Shown here piece after piece: positions 11,966-26,010 of a stretch of 64,000 bases of DNA. Source of the DNA: Octopus vulgaris (lineage: Eukaryota); the NCBI GenBank assembly GCA_951406725.2, contig OX597832.1, forward strand, positions 22,506,001 through 22,570,000, written 5' to 3'. The notes under the pieces were generated by a model, which saw nothing but the letters and a program-made list of their open reading frames with translations, was not told where the DNA came from and did not search any database. Numbering within the stretch: the first letter of the stretch is position 1; the number at the start of each line of letters is the position of its first letter. A program made the translations under genes and the position numbers.

Positions 11966-12595
11966 AGTGCATACAATTAAATATGAATTGATAAATCTTA
12001 CGGATAATCGTCATTTCAAATGAAAAGCAAATAGAGGAAATCAATAAACTGCGATTGATCTTCGATTCCTCTATTTCATTATTATCTGATCAACAATACA
12101 TACATTCAATGAACTAGATGTCATAGTTATCTTATAATATAATCGATTAGTTTTATGAATTGAACATCTTAGGAGTAACGCTATACAGAAATATATATAT
12201 ATTCGACATTCGACTTGTAAATGTCTGCAAATGCAGTGTTTATCTACCGTATTTATATGGACACTGCTTTCCGATCGGTTTGATCTCCTGTGGTCATCAG
12301 TTGATTTCTTTCTCGGTGTGTACATAAAGCCTCTTAATGGATTACGATATAATTAATTTTAGTAAAGGTGGCGAGACTGATCAACCGATAAAATAAGTAC
12401 CAGGCTCAAAAGAAGAGAAAAATATAGTGGGTTCGATTCATTCAACTATGAGAATCATAGCGTATGCTTCATCAATGCAATTTTGAATCTCCTTCTTCAC
12501 GATTGAGCTTTCGACTTTATGGAGAAGAACCCTGTCTACACAAGTCCTCAAGGGGTCAAACATTATCAACTTCGAAATACTTGATTGCGAGATAT

Positions 12596-12807
12596 ACTCT
12601 AACTCTTTTAGTCTTTTACTTGTTTCAGTGATTTGACTGTGGCCATGCTGGAGCACCGCCTTTAGTCAAGCAAATCGAGCCCATGACTTATTCTTTACAA
12701 GTCTAGTACTTATTCTATCGATCTTTTTTGCTGAACCGCTAACTTACGGGGACGTAAACACACCAGCATCGGTTGTCAAGCGGTGTTGGGGAAGAAACAC
12801 AGACACA

Positions 12808-12898
<91 letters not shown>

Positions 12899-13055
12899 GA
12901 CGGGCTTCTTTCAGTTTCGTTCTACCAAATCTACTCACAAGTCTTTGGTCGGCCCGAGGCTATAATAGAAGACACTTGCCCAATGTGACACGCAGTGAGA
13001 CTTAACTCGGAACCATGTGGCTGGTAAGCAAGCTACTTACCACACAGCCACTCCT
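12596..13055 (-). mobile_element. SINE-B
   Basis: Matches other SINE-B copies. Confidence 0.87.
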
Positions 13056-13258
13056 TACCCTTGGCTAATTCCTTACATGTAAGGCAGCCTTTCTTACTAT
13101 CAGTATCATAGGACACCAAAGTATTTGAAATCACTGCGCCCACCACTGGAGCTATGGGGCCAAATAATATGTCCGGAATGAATAAAACTAAAAGAACTCA
13201 ATACACAGCTAGACATATATATCAAATGGAGAATTACAGATTGTGAGACTACGACGAA

Positions 13259-13319
<61 letters not shown>

Positions 13320-13477
13320 AGTAGTTGAATGAATGATCTTATTAAGGATAATTCGAAAGATAACCGATACCTTGGTAGCAAATTCACATCAGAAAGAACA
13401 CGGTTGAAGCTACGTCCCTTGGGCATAGACTACGTGTCTTCGTGCGGAAATGTGTATGTTTATTTTAAAATTATAAG

Positions 13478-13563
13478 TATATGAAAGAATGGAGTTGAAC
13501 GACTAGTTCGAAACATATGTCGAGAATAAAGGATATTTGTTAACTAGTCGTTCAACTCCATTC

Positions 13564-13572
<9 letters not shown>
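13478..13572. repeat. Perfect 31-bp inverted repeat, probable PLE inversion; spacer holds an HHR 3' half
   Basis: tatatgaaagaatggagttgaacgactagtt and its reverse complement at 13542-13572; spacer contains cGAAAcatatgTC. Confidence 0.75.
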
Positions 13573-13631
<59 letters not shown>

Positions 13632-13830
13632 TAAATTAGAGATAATTATATTAATTATATTTATTTTTTGTTTTTTATGTTTTGATTTATGTCTATCACT
13701 GTTTGATTTGCCTAACAGTGGTTTTATCTCTAATTTAATTTATATTTATACTGTGAAATTTGATTTAATCCTAATTCTAATTTTTCCCTCTAAGTTTGGA
13801 TATAGTCCCTAATATTACTATTTTTATTAT

Positions 13831-13901
<71 letters not shown>

Positions 13902-13918
13902 ATATATATGTATGTATA

Positions 13919-13954
<36 letters not shown>

Positions 13955-14018
13955 TATATATATATATATATATATATGTATTTATATATGTATGTATATA
14001 TAGATATATATATGTATG

Positions 14019-14077
<59 letters not shown>

Positions 14078-14730
14078 ATGTATATATAGATGTAGATATG
14101 TGTGTGTGTGTAGTGTGGTAAGGAATTTGCTTCTCAATCACAGCGTTCCGAGTTCAGTCCCAATGCGTGGACATTGGGTGTAATCACCAATTAAAGACGT
14201 GATTTTCTCCAGTCTTATCTTTGTTGTGTTGTGTTGTGTTGTGTGTGTGTGTGTGTTGAATTGACATTCATAAAAAAGCTAAGGTTTCCTAATATTTAAA
14301 TATATTTGTGTCTTTCCGATTCACGGTATGTTGGCCATACAATATATATATGTATATAGTTTATGACTCGTTAAAAGCAAAGCTATGTAGATTAAATTAC
14401 TCATGACGCTTACAATTTAATTCCATTCTGTCTTAAGTAGTAAATATTTATCCTATAGAAAGAGATCGAGTTCGCCCTCCTCCCGCCCTATGCGGAGGAG
14501 CAGTCATTCAGTAGTTTCCTCTCTCCTTAACTGCACGTAAAAAGCGTAGAACAAACGTGTTTACATTTTAGAATTTCCTCTGACAGCAAAATCTTTTATG
14601 TGCGTGCGTGCATACATACACGCGGTTATATAGGAGGAGAGAGGGCGGGACTGAGAAATGAAATACATAGCTAAGCATGTACATCATATAAGGAGTAAAA
14701 GATTGGGAGACTAAGACGAAGGATATATAT

Positions 14731-15009
14731 ATGGCCCAGTGGTTAGGGGCAGCGGACTCGCGGTCGTAGGATCGCGGTTTCGATTCCCAGACCGGGCGTT
14801 GTGTGTATTTATTGAGCGAAAACACATGAAAAGCTCCACGAGGCTCCGGCAGTGGGTGGTGATCCCTGCTGTACTCTTTCATCACTCTTTCTCTCACTCT
14901 TTCTGCTCGCTTAGCCAGCGGGGTGGCGTCATTCGAAGGCTGAAACAATGCGAACGCATTGTGACCAGCGATGTGTAGCAACATCTGATGGTCTGGTCGG
15001 TCACGTGAT
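14731..15009 (+). mobile_element. SINE-C, tail type 1
   Basis: tRNA-like head tggcccagtggttaggggcagcggactcgcggtcgtaggatcgcggtttcgattccc; tail ...catctgatggtctggtcggtcacgtgata. Confidence 0.85.
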
Positions 15010-15030
15010 ATATATATATAAAATATAGAT

Positions 15031-15368
15031 GTCATAGGATCGCGGTGTCGATTCCCAGGCAGGGCGCTGATAGTGTTTATTGAGCGAAAACACCTAATGC
15101 TCCACGAAGCTCCGGCAGGGGACGGTGGTGATCCCTGCTGTACTCTTTCACCACAACTTTCTCTCTCTCTTTCTTCCAGTTCCTGTTGTACCTGTATTTC
15201 AAAGGGCCAGCCTTGTCACACTCTGTGTCATGCTGAATCTCCACGAGAACTACGTAAAAGGTACACGTGTCTGTGGAGTGCTCAGCCACTTGCACGTTAA
15301 CTCAACGAGCAGGCTGTTCCGTTGTTCGGATCAACTGGAACCCTCGTCGTCGTAACCGACGGAGAGCC
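15031..15368 (+). mobile_element. SINE-C, tail type 2 (5'-truncated)
   Basis: Same head and body; tail ...ggaaccctcgtcgtcgtaaccgacggag. Confidence 0.85.
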
Positions 15369-15370
15369 AC

Positions 15371-15432
<62 letters not shown>

Positions 15433-15435
15433 ATG

Positions 15436-15469
<34 letters not shown>

Positions 15470-16305
15470 TGTACGTATGTATGTATGTATGTATGTATAT
15501 ATATGTATGCATGTATGTATGTATGTATGTACGTATATATTTGAACGTAAATGAGACAGAAAGAAAAAAGAAAGAGATCACATGGTACCAGTATACCAAA
15601 CGAAAAATTAAAGCAAGGAATACATGTTGAGTCACAGTGTCATATTTTAAATTTTCAGAAAGGCTTTTACAATCTGATATTACCAAACTGTGCGCAGCAA
15701 ACCGAATTCCCGTTGAAATGGAAAAGGAAATGTCCCTTTTCCAAAATTCCATTATCTAAACGAAATCTATAATTGCTGCTACATGACATCTGCTGACATA
15801 AAATTTGCTTAACATTGTATTTAATTTTTATATTTACTTGGAATACTGTAATTTTCCAATATTCCTCAAGGCATATTTATGCTTTCTCTTCACTGCTCAT
15901 ATTTTGGAAAAATGATGTTCGTAGTTACATTGTTACGCCTATTAATATACTCGAATGAATCAACTTAATATGTTGTTTTCTAAGCCTTTGCAACGTATAG
16001 ATTTAGATGAATAGAGAAGTAATACGAGGAATATAAAATGGCAGCTAATCGCTCAGTGATAACGTTTCACTCCTGGGGAGCCATTTTGCTTGTATTTAAG
16101 TTTGTTAATGCACTTTGAGAAATGGAGTAGGATATTTTGTTTGCTCTGCTTTTGGAATAATATATTGTGTTTAGCTGGCTTTGTCTTGGATCGTCAGCTC
16201 CTGATGGAGTCACCGAGGTGCCGTTTTGACATTAGCGTTTTGGGTGATATTTGATCTACCTGGTGGAGCTCAGCTATCATCAAATCTGACCATGATCGAT
16301 TTATT

Positions 16306-16371
<66 letters not shown>

Positions 16372-16423
16372 GAGAAACTAATGAACAAAGAGAAAAAAAT
16401 TGTGAAGTATATCTGCCACTTAA

Positions 16424-16549
16424 ATGTGGCTAACCCTTAAGGGTGGATGCTACTGTAGCTTGTAGCCCCGGGAGGACACCTCCTCCAGCTGGCTATTGAC
16501 ACACTTTCTGTGCCCTATCAGTATTTGCAAAGGGAAGCCATCCTTTCTC
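16424..16549 (-). other. Structured repeat module homologous to the arms of the 49456-49964 palindrome
   Basis: Aligns by eye with 49478-49612; shared hairpins show compensatory changes. Confidence 0.6.
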
Positions 16550-17116
16550 AGAGATTTATTACTGCTTTAGAAAAAAATTGATTCCAGAACAAAACTGGTA
16601 ATCAGTTTATCGATCTGGGAATGACAATGACGACCTCATCAGTATTAGAACTTGGCTCACAGAAAGACTAAGGTAAGAAAACTCGAGCCAAAGCGCTTAC
16701 CACTAGGCCAAATTGCCGGTCGGGTTGGCTATTATAATTAAATGACAGTTATTTTTGTGCATATTGAAAATTCAAGTGCGGTGAATTAGAAATATTGGAA
16801 TAATTGCAGACAGGTTGTCGTATTGAATTTAGTTTACACTTCTTTACGTTCAGATTCTTTCGGAGAAGATTCTTTCATTTCCTGATTCCGCGCTGGATAA
16901 CTTATCAACCAATAACATATTAGAATAATTTTATTTGAATGCTCGACCTTTCCAAAGTTTGTCGCCTCATGGCAATTTCAGAAATCATGGCAGAGCGAAT
17001 CCATAGCTTTACATATCAGCAACGTTTGTTATGTAATGCAAAAATATTGACATCTCAAAAGTCTTAGGGTTCTTATTTTGTTTTTGAAGAGAGAACGCCT
17101 TAAATCTTAAGGAATC

Positions 17117-17310
17117 GGCGGCGAGCTGGCAGAAACGTTACCACGCCAGGCGAAATGCGAAACATTCTGAGATCGACTTTGCCTTTCATCCTTTCAGGGT
17201 CGATAAATTAAGTACCAGTTACGCACTGGGGTCGATGTAATCGACTTAATCCCCTTGTCTGTCCTTGCTTGTCTCATCTGTGTTTAGCCCTTTGTGGGTA
17301 ATAAAGAAAC
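17117..17310 (+). mobile_element. SINE-A (internally deleted)
   Basis: Head, core and tail recognisable. Confidence 0.8.
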
Positions 17311-18814
17311 AGATTATGTCATGATTGTAAAGATTAGAGAACCCTCTGGACGATATTAACACAGGTTAATTAAAGGTGTTGCATCGGATTATTAACACCG
17401 AAATAGGAGTATATTGGTCCGTAGGAACGTCAAACGAAATTTGATATAAACATTGGAATGAGCGAAAATCATTGAGATGTTTGCTCCTCATCGAGTTACA
17501 CACACTCCCTTATCATTATGATAGTGAACCAATAAATTGGCCTATCGGAGACATGAAATGAATGAGGGTGTGATTCACCATTTACCATATAATAATAAAC
17601 ATATAAATAAAAATAATACTACCGCGATGGACATTCAAATAACTTGAAAGGAACAAATATATTTCTCTCGCATTCCTCTGCTTATCTTCATTGATGTATT
17701 TATCAGATAGTTACAACGCAATGTAAACAAGTTTTAAACCTGTGTTGCTCGCGCAAGCTCTTGTGACTAGAGTTTTCAGTACATTTTTCGCTCTACAAAC
17801 AAGATACAGCTACCATATTCATGGTTATGGTTAAGCTGGTTGTTATTCACAGCGGTATTCTTCGGTAGACAATGTGTAATAGGATAGCTGTAAGAGGATA
17901 ATTATCTGGGGTTCAAATAGGTGCAGTTTAGATAGAAGATCAAACGGAAGATCTCAAGCAAAAAAAAATATTCCCTCCTTTTGTAATACATTTGTCTGGC
18001 TATAAATAAATAAATGAATATTATGATGGAAAATAAAATGAAACCGTTATATAATAATAGTAAAAGAACACCGTGAATATAGATTGTTCATATTTGTTCT
18101 GGTGATTTTTTTCTTTGAATGTGATAAAAGAATATTTCAGTTTCAATCTATGAATACGATAGGAGGTGTAAATTCACTGAATGCAATTTTTTCTATAACC
18201 TTGCCAGTTATTCTTAGTATAATCTGGAAAACCAAGAATTTAAAAGAAAGGGATGTATACTATTCGAGAAAGCTACTGATTGACGAAAAGAAAAATTGAG
18301 TGGGGATAAAAGAACGTTAACTGTTTTGAAATCGAAAAGCAAAATGAGGTGAAATATAAACAAGCAACAACCGGCGAGTGTGTTTATAGGGTTTATTAAT
18401 AAAAACTCTTCTCAAATATAATAATATTGGCTTCAACACACAGTCTCAGATTAAAATATTTGCGAAATAAATTCAAATTTACACACACAACATGCAATTC
18501 ATACACACGCGCACACACATACACACAATTTACACTCGCACACGTTCACATACACACGTTGACACACACAAACACACACACACATACCCACACACTCCAA
18601 CAGAGCATTAGGTAACCAAATAAAGTGGAAAGACTGCGCAACTTGAATACGAAACCGCATCGCAATATTTGAGGGTATAAGTTATTTCGCAAAGCTGGTT
18701 ATATATGACATGATCCTCTCTAGTTTATTTCTGGTGAAGTAGGTTGACAACAATCGGTATATGTAAACAGTAGCAGTATATATATATATATATATGTGTG
18801 TGTGTATGTATGTA

Positions 18815-18914
<100 letters not shown>

Positions 18915-18927
18915 CATACACATGCAG

Positions 18928-19200
18928 GCGCAATGGCCCAGTGGTTAGGGCAGCGGACTCGCAGTCGTAGGATCGCGGTTTCGATTCCCAGACCAGGCGT
19001 TGTGAGTGTTTATTGAGCTAAAACACCTAAAACCTCCACGAGGCTCCGGCAGGGGGTGGTGATCCCTGCTGTACTCTTTCACCACTCTTTCTGTTGGCCT
19101 GCTCGCTTAGCCAGCGGGGTGGCGTCATTCGAAGGCTAAAACAATGCGAACGCATTGTGACCAGCAATGTGTAACTTCATCTGATGGACTGGTCGGTGAT
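18928..19200 (+). mobile_element. SINE-C, tail type 1
   Basis: Full head ggcgcaatggcccagtggttagggcagcggac. Confidence 0.87.
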
Positions 19201-19217
19201 ATATACACATACATATT

Positions 19218-19273
<56 letters not shown>

Positions 19274-19289
19274 AATTGTATGTGTGTGT

Positions 19290-19550
19290 GTAATAACAAG
19301 AATTCTAGGATGGAATTATTTCGCTACGCGCGTTTTTCACAAATCAAATGATTTTAACATCAGAGTCGGTATCTTTGGAATTAGTAGGGTAAAGTCCGGT
19401 TTATCCGCGGGTATCCGGTTGATCATCATCATTGATTCATTTCATCAGACGTTACTGCATTATCGAATGTTAAAATCATATGATTTGTGGAAACGCGCGT
19501 AGAGATGTATTACATATTTATAAATTCCATCGTAGACTTATTGTTATTAT
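19290..19550. mobile_element. Inverted pair of PLE-type terminal repeats with degenerate hammerheads
   Basis: Arms ~19290-19360 and ~19468-19550; minus arm ctCTGATGTtaaaatc..gatttgtgaAAAAcgcgcgTAg, plus arm gatttgtgGAAAcgcgcgTAgag. Confidence 0.6.
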
Positions 19551-19918
19551 TATATTCTTCCTATATTATATCGCATAACCACGATGCAAGCCCCCCCCCC
19601 AAATGACTTTCTAGCCAGTATCATCAGACAGTAGCCAGCATAATGAACTAGGAGCTTTATTTGTATACCTCTAATGTTACTAAATGTACTAAAGTTGAAT
19701 TAAGTCAATTTTTTAAATTTTGATTTATTTGGCTTGTACATTAAACATGAAACTAGTCCTGTATTAACCACGCTAGCTTCAAAATAGACTTATTTTATTT
19801 CGCCAGCCTTATATCATTTAGTATCAAGAATTGTCAATGTTTTATTTAAATATTGATCATTCAACACGCATGGAGATAAAGATTTTTAACTGCGCTTATC
19901 CCTCTCTCTATGTCTCTA

Positions 19919-19999
<81 letters not shown>

Positions 20000-20081
20000 T
20001 GATGTGTGTGTGTGTGTGTGCGTGTATCCACAGGTTTCGGTCTATCAGATTCATTCACAAGACATTGGTCATTCCAGGACT

Positions 20082-20305
20082 GCTGGCAGAAACGTTAGCA
20101 CGTCGGCCGAAATGCGTAGCCGTATTTCGTCTGCCGTTACGTTCTGAGTTCGAATTCCACCGAGGTCGACTTTGCCTTTCATCCTTTCTGGGTCGATGAA
20201 TTAAGTACCAGTTACGCACTGGGGTCAATGTAATCGATTTAATCTGTTTGTCTGTCCTTGTTTGTCCCCTCTGTGTTTAGCCCCTTTTGGGTAGTAAAAA
20301 AAATA
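20082..20305 (+). mobile_element. SINE-A inserted into an old SINE-B
   Basis: Flanks 20030-20080 and 20306-20348 read as consecutive parts of a degenerate SINE-B (-). Confidence 0.8.
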
Positions 20306-20697
20306 GGCATTCGACCAAGGCACCGCGCAGCGGGAGGGAACTCGAAGGTACGGGTTTTTGAGACGTGCCTGTGTCCGGAAACCAAAGCAGGTAAACGTCT
20401 GCTCATCCTGGCAGGGAATCGTCCACCCTTTTATATGCTCCATGAAGAAAAGTATGGAGTTATAAGATTGCCAACTTGGGATCACAACATCCCTGGAAAA
20501 GAAGATACAACGTGTACAATAATACATTTTCTTACTTCTTTGACATAGTTTTCTTCTATGTGATATCAAAAACGTGACAAACATTTTCCTTCAACGGATA
20601 CGTGACAAGATATTTCGGTAAGAAGAACCAGCGAAATTTATATTTTTACTTTGACAAAGACACATTACTTATTTTTATTTTTTCAGTTTTCTTAATT

Positions 20698-20818
20698 CTT
20701 CTTCCTCTTCTTTCTTCTTCTTCTTCTTCTTCTTCTTCTTCTTCTTCTTCTTCTTCTTCTTCTTCTTCTTCTTCTTCTTCTTCTTCTTCTTCTTCTTCTT
20801 CTTCTTCTTCTTCTTCTT

Positions 20819-20888
<70 letters not shown>

Positions 20889-20945
20889 TTATTATTATTC
20901 AGTAGTTTTATTTTTATAGCGTGCTTTCACTTCACCATCACCGTT

Positions 20946-21013
<68 letters not shown>

Positions 21014-21096
21014 TATTATTATCATTATTATTATCATTATTATTATTATCATTATTATTATTATAATTATTATTATTATTATCATTATTATTATTA

Positions 21097-21139
<43 letters not shown>

Positions 21140-21223
21140 CCATTATTATCATCATCATCATCATTGTTATTATTATCATTATTATTATCATCATCATCAT
21201 CATCATTATTAGTATCATCATCC

Positions 21224-21272
<49 letters not shown>

Positions 21273-21300
21273 CATCATCATTATTATTATTATTATCATT
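20698..21300. repeat. Compound trinucleotide microsatellite (TTC)n(TTA)n(TCA)n
   Basis: Direct reading. Confidence 0.95.
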
Positions 21301-21968
21301 CCGTTCTGCACGCACTCGTCCAGTGCCCGAGTATTGCTGAAATATGGGTTTATGTCGAACAGCTACTGTCACGTGTAGGACGGATCCGACTATCGGCCGA
21401 ATCCATAGTGAAGATTGCCCCGCCGACCTCCTTTAACAAGGAGGGCGAGGCCGTTTTCTTGTGCCTAGTGGCTGTGGCGAAAGAGGTGGTGTGGTGGACT
21501 CGTTTGAAAGGGCTAAAGACAGACACTTTCCTCTTTGGTCAAGGCCTCATCAACTTTTTCAAGTTTCACTTGAAAAGGAAGATGAGGTTAGAGAGGAAAG
21601 TGCTGTCCGATAGCAAGTTTTATGAAAGGTGGGTGAATTGTGCGAGACTGGCCTGTATAAATGGACCAGTTCTCAGGTTTCGCCTGTGATTTCAAAGAAA
21701 AAGGTAATGTAAAAGGAGAAGAAAGGGGACTCTCTACACCCCCTTTTTTTGACCAGGCTCCCGTTGGCTTTTGTAGGGTTTTTTCCACCAGGAACCTTTC
21801 GAGACGTCTCCCCCTTTTGGGAGTTTTTCATTGTTGAATTTTATAAGTTGTTATAAAGATTTTTACTCGATGTTTTTAAAAAACGGCAAAACCCTTTGTA
21901 ACCTTTCGTCCTGTCTTGTCCCTTTATGTAATCATGCGTGTCAGCCCTTGTGGCCAATAAAAAAGAAT
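21301..21968 (+). mobile_element. 5'-truncated Tx1/L1-clade LINE (ORF2 C-terminus and 3' UTR)
   Basis: Frame 21303-21689: VLHALVQCPSIAEIW (zf-RVT-type H..C.P...W) ...AKEVVWWTR...ERW; homologous to 59574-60096. Confidence 0.8.
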
Positions 21969-22487
21969 TGATTATTATTATTATCATTATTATTGTTATT
22001 TTCTCTTAAAGCATTAATCAAGACATATCATGTGATATAAATACAACTACGACACACAAAATCGCAGATTATCAGACGTATTTTTCTTATCATTGAAACT
22101 TTTTTTCAAATATACAAACGGAAATAACAACACAAAGTCGTGTTTTATCCGGTTGGAATCACTTAAGAAACAAATATTTCATTATGATAATAGAAAAAAA
22201 ACAACAACAAAAAAAAGGAAAATTATTTTAAAGTTGTGTGTTAAATGTATGTCTACATCCACAACACAATGTAGAGTCGGTGATATTTCACGTGAATTTG
22301 CTTCAGACAAATGGGGTTTCTATATTTGTTTTCATTCACACTTTATTTTATTCGTCTGTGTTTTTTTTTATTACTGTTTTTTTACTATTTAAACATACAC
22401 ACACGCTCACACACACACATACACACATATATATATGTGTGTTTATATATATATATATATATATATGTGTGTATATTCTTTATTCTT

Positions 22488-22700
22488 TTATTCTTTTATT
22501 CCTTTACTTGTTTCAGTCATTTGATTGTGGCCATGCTGGAGCGACGCTTTCAGTCGAACAAATCAAGCCTAGGACGTATTCTTTGTAAGCCTAGTACTTA
22601 TTCTATCCGTCTCTTTCGCCAAACCGCTATGTTACGGGGACGTAAACACACCAAAATCGGTTGTCAAGTGATGGTGGGGGGGACAAACAGACACACTAAC
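22488..22700 (-). mobile_element. SINE-B 3' half
   Basis: Tail and body match; head absent beyond the (TA)n. Confidence 0.8.
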
Positions 22701-22706
22701 CCACCC

Positions 22707-22770
<64 letters not shown>

Positions 22771-23303
22771 GATAAATGTATGCATATTTACTTACATATA
22801 TGTACATAACTACATATATATGTATATATGCTTGCATATATACATATATACATAGAAAAAAAACGTTAAACACAATGTTAAACGAAAACATAGAAAGGAA
22901 CTTTTTTCGGTCACACTTCAACCGCCTCTCTCACTATTCATTGCTACTCCTACTATCGCTCATGTTGGGGTTGAGAGTAATAGTAGGCATAAAGAAGGTA
23001 GTAGATTGACGATTGTGATAGTAATAGTATGAGCTGTAGCTGTGATAGAGGCGGAGGCAACGGTGATGATGTTGGTGGTGGTGGTGGTGGTGGTCGCTGA
23101 AGCAGTCAGGGACAATGGTGAGAGTAAGCGATGTGAAAGACAGTGGTGATGGTGGTGGAGGGAAAGGCAGCGAAGTCAAAGGTATTGATGGTGGTGGTGT
23201 CAGACATCTGAATGATGTGTGTATGGGTGTTGTGGTGGCGATGGTGGTGGTACTGGTGATAGTGATAGTTGGAAACAATCAACAGAGAGAAAGAAGAAGA
23301 AGA

Positions 23304-23342
<39 letters not shown>

Positions 23343-23479
23343 TACTGACCCCTGAATGGGAAGACAAATAATGTTGTTTATCATGAAGCTTTGCAAAAAG
23401 TTCAAAGTCGACAAATTATATCCTTGTTTTGATGAAAATTGTTCATTGCTTGAAAAATATTGGTCAAGTTTAGTAAAAT

Positions 23480-23636
23480 AGGAGTGGCTGTGTGGTAAGT
23501 GGCTTGCTTACGAACCACATGGTTCCGGGTTCAGTCCCACTGCGTGGCGACTTGTGCAAATGTTTTCTACTATAGCCTCGAGCCGTCCAAGGCCTTGTGA
23601 GTGGATTTGGTAGACGGAAACTGAAAGAAGCCCGTC

Positions 23637-23681
<45 letters not shown>

Positions 23682-23906
23682 CGTGTGTATGTGTGTATAT
23701 GTTTGTGTGTCTGTATTTGTCCCCCCAACATCGCTTGACAATCGATGCTGGTGTGTTTACTTCCCCGTAACTTAGCAGTTCGGCAAAAGACACCGATAGC
23801 GTAAGTACTGGACTTACGAAGAAAAATTCTTGTGGTTGATTTGCTCGACTAAAGGCGGTGCTCCAGCATGGCCACAGGCAAATGACTGAAACAAGTAAAA
23901 GAGTAA
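23480..23906 (+). mobile_element. SINE-B
   Basis: Matches other SINE-B copies. Confidence 0.87.
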
Positions 23907-24478
23907 GTACTCAATGCACGAAGTGTCTTTGTTGGGTCCAAGGCCCAAATGAAGATCCCTCGACAGGAGCTAGCTTAAAAGCCGCCCGATATATATCAGT
24001 TTGCAGTATCTCATTGCAAATGAGATATTTTAAACCGAGACACCACAGGCAAGGTTTCTTCCTTGGTTCGTATCAATTTAAACTGGTCTACTAATAGAAA
24101 AACCATGCAGAAGTTACAATAATCATCAAAACTCCAAGATCCTCTCCGCTCACACGCACCCCCCCCCACACACACACATAACCTTAGGCATAAACAACAA
24201 ATCAGCGTAAACATTCAACTAGTTCATCGATGCCTCTGATTAACGAATAAGAAAGCAATTTAACACGATCGATCTCACGAAAGAATATACGAGATAAACT
24301 ATAAACCATTTAAAGTAGAGAGAATTCAAACTATAAAACAAAATTAAATCGAAAGAATGTTAGGATTGCAATTCCAAAGACAACAGAATTCCAGTTAATT
24401 GGGGAATACTGGAATGTCTTCATAATGTTACTGCCAATTGCCAAGCTCAATGGAAATTACTACGAGACAAAAAATATT

Positions 24479-24520
<42 letters not shown>

Positions 24521-24799
24521 TGTGAATGTTATAGTGTTAATAGAAATCTCGGAGTTGCTTTTGTTTTCGTTTGTTTTGGCGGTTTTATTACTGCTTGTTT
24601 TGTTTGTTTTTTATTGTATTTTTCTCGGTGTATATGTATGCATTCATACATACGCATAATACACATACGCACACAATACACACATATACACACTTGCACA
24701 CACAACACACATATACACATACATACACACACTTATACACTCACCACACACATACACACATAGATACATACATACTTATACACACACGACACGCACATA

Positions 24800-24930
24800 C
24801 ATACACACACATAAATACATACATACATACTTACATACATACATAAATATATACATACTTATATACATACATACATAATACATACATACATACATACATA
24901 CATACATACATACATTACATACATACATAC

Positions 24931-24961
<31 letters not shown>

Positions 24962-25081
24962 CATACATACATACATACATGCATACATACATACATACAT
25001 ACATATACATACATATATACATACATACATACATACATACATACATACATACATACATACATACATACATACATACATACA

Positions 25082-25147
<66 letters not shown>

Positions 25148-25226
25148 CATACATACATACATACATACATACATAGCATACATACATACATACATACATA
25201 CATACATACATACATACATACATACA

Positions 25227-25262
<36 letters not shown>

Positions 25263-25472
25263 CATACATACATACATACATGCATACATACATACATACA
25301 TACATACATACATACATACATACATACATACATACATACATACATACATACATGCATACATACATACATGCATACATACATACATACATGCATACATACA
25401 TACATACATACATACATACATACATACATACATACATACATACATACATACATACATACATACATACATACA

Positions 25473-25506
<34 letters not shown>

Positions 25507-25548
25507 CATACATACATACATACATACATACATACATACATACATACA

Positions 25549-25582
<34 letters not shown>

Positions 25583-25835
25583 CATACATACATACATATA
25601 TACATACATGCATACATACATACATACATACATACATACATACATACATGCATACATACATACATACATGCATACATACATACATACATGCATACATACA
25701 TACATACATACATGCATGCATACATACATACATACATACATACATACATACATACATACATACATACATACTTACACACATACATACATACATACATACA
25801 TACATACATACATACATACATACATACATACATAC
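24800..25835. repeat. ~1-kb (TACA)n microsatellite
   Basis: Direct reading. Confidence 0.97.
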
Positions 25836-25950
25836 GATGCGATTTGTATCTTTGTTAGAAACCAGCTCCTTCTTTAGGGCAAGAATTTAAATAGTTAAAC
25901 AGAATGCACACAAGCACATGAACACACACACACACATACCTATCTATGTA

Positions 25951-26010
<60 letters not shown>

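Noticed and set aside
12255-12305. Minus-strand CTGATGA...GAAA...TC hammerhead candidate
   Set aside because: Stems I and III do not pair and stem II closes poorly; chance match or too decayed.
24776-25890. Long ORFs up to 329 aa (MYVC/HTYI repeats) and similar YIYI, poly-S, poly-N ORFs
   Set aside because: Translations of microsatellites that lack stop codons.
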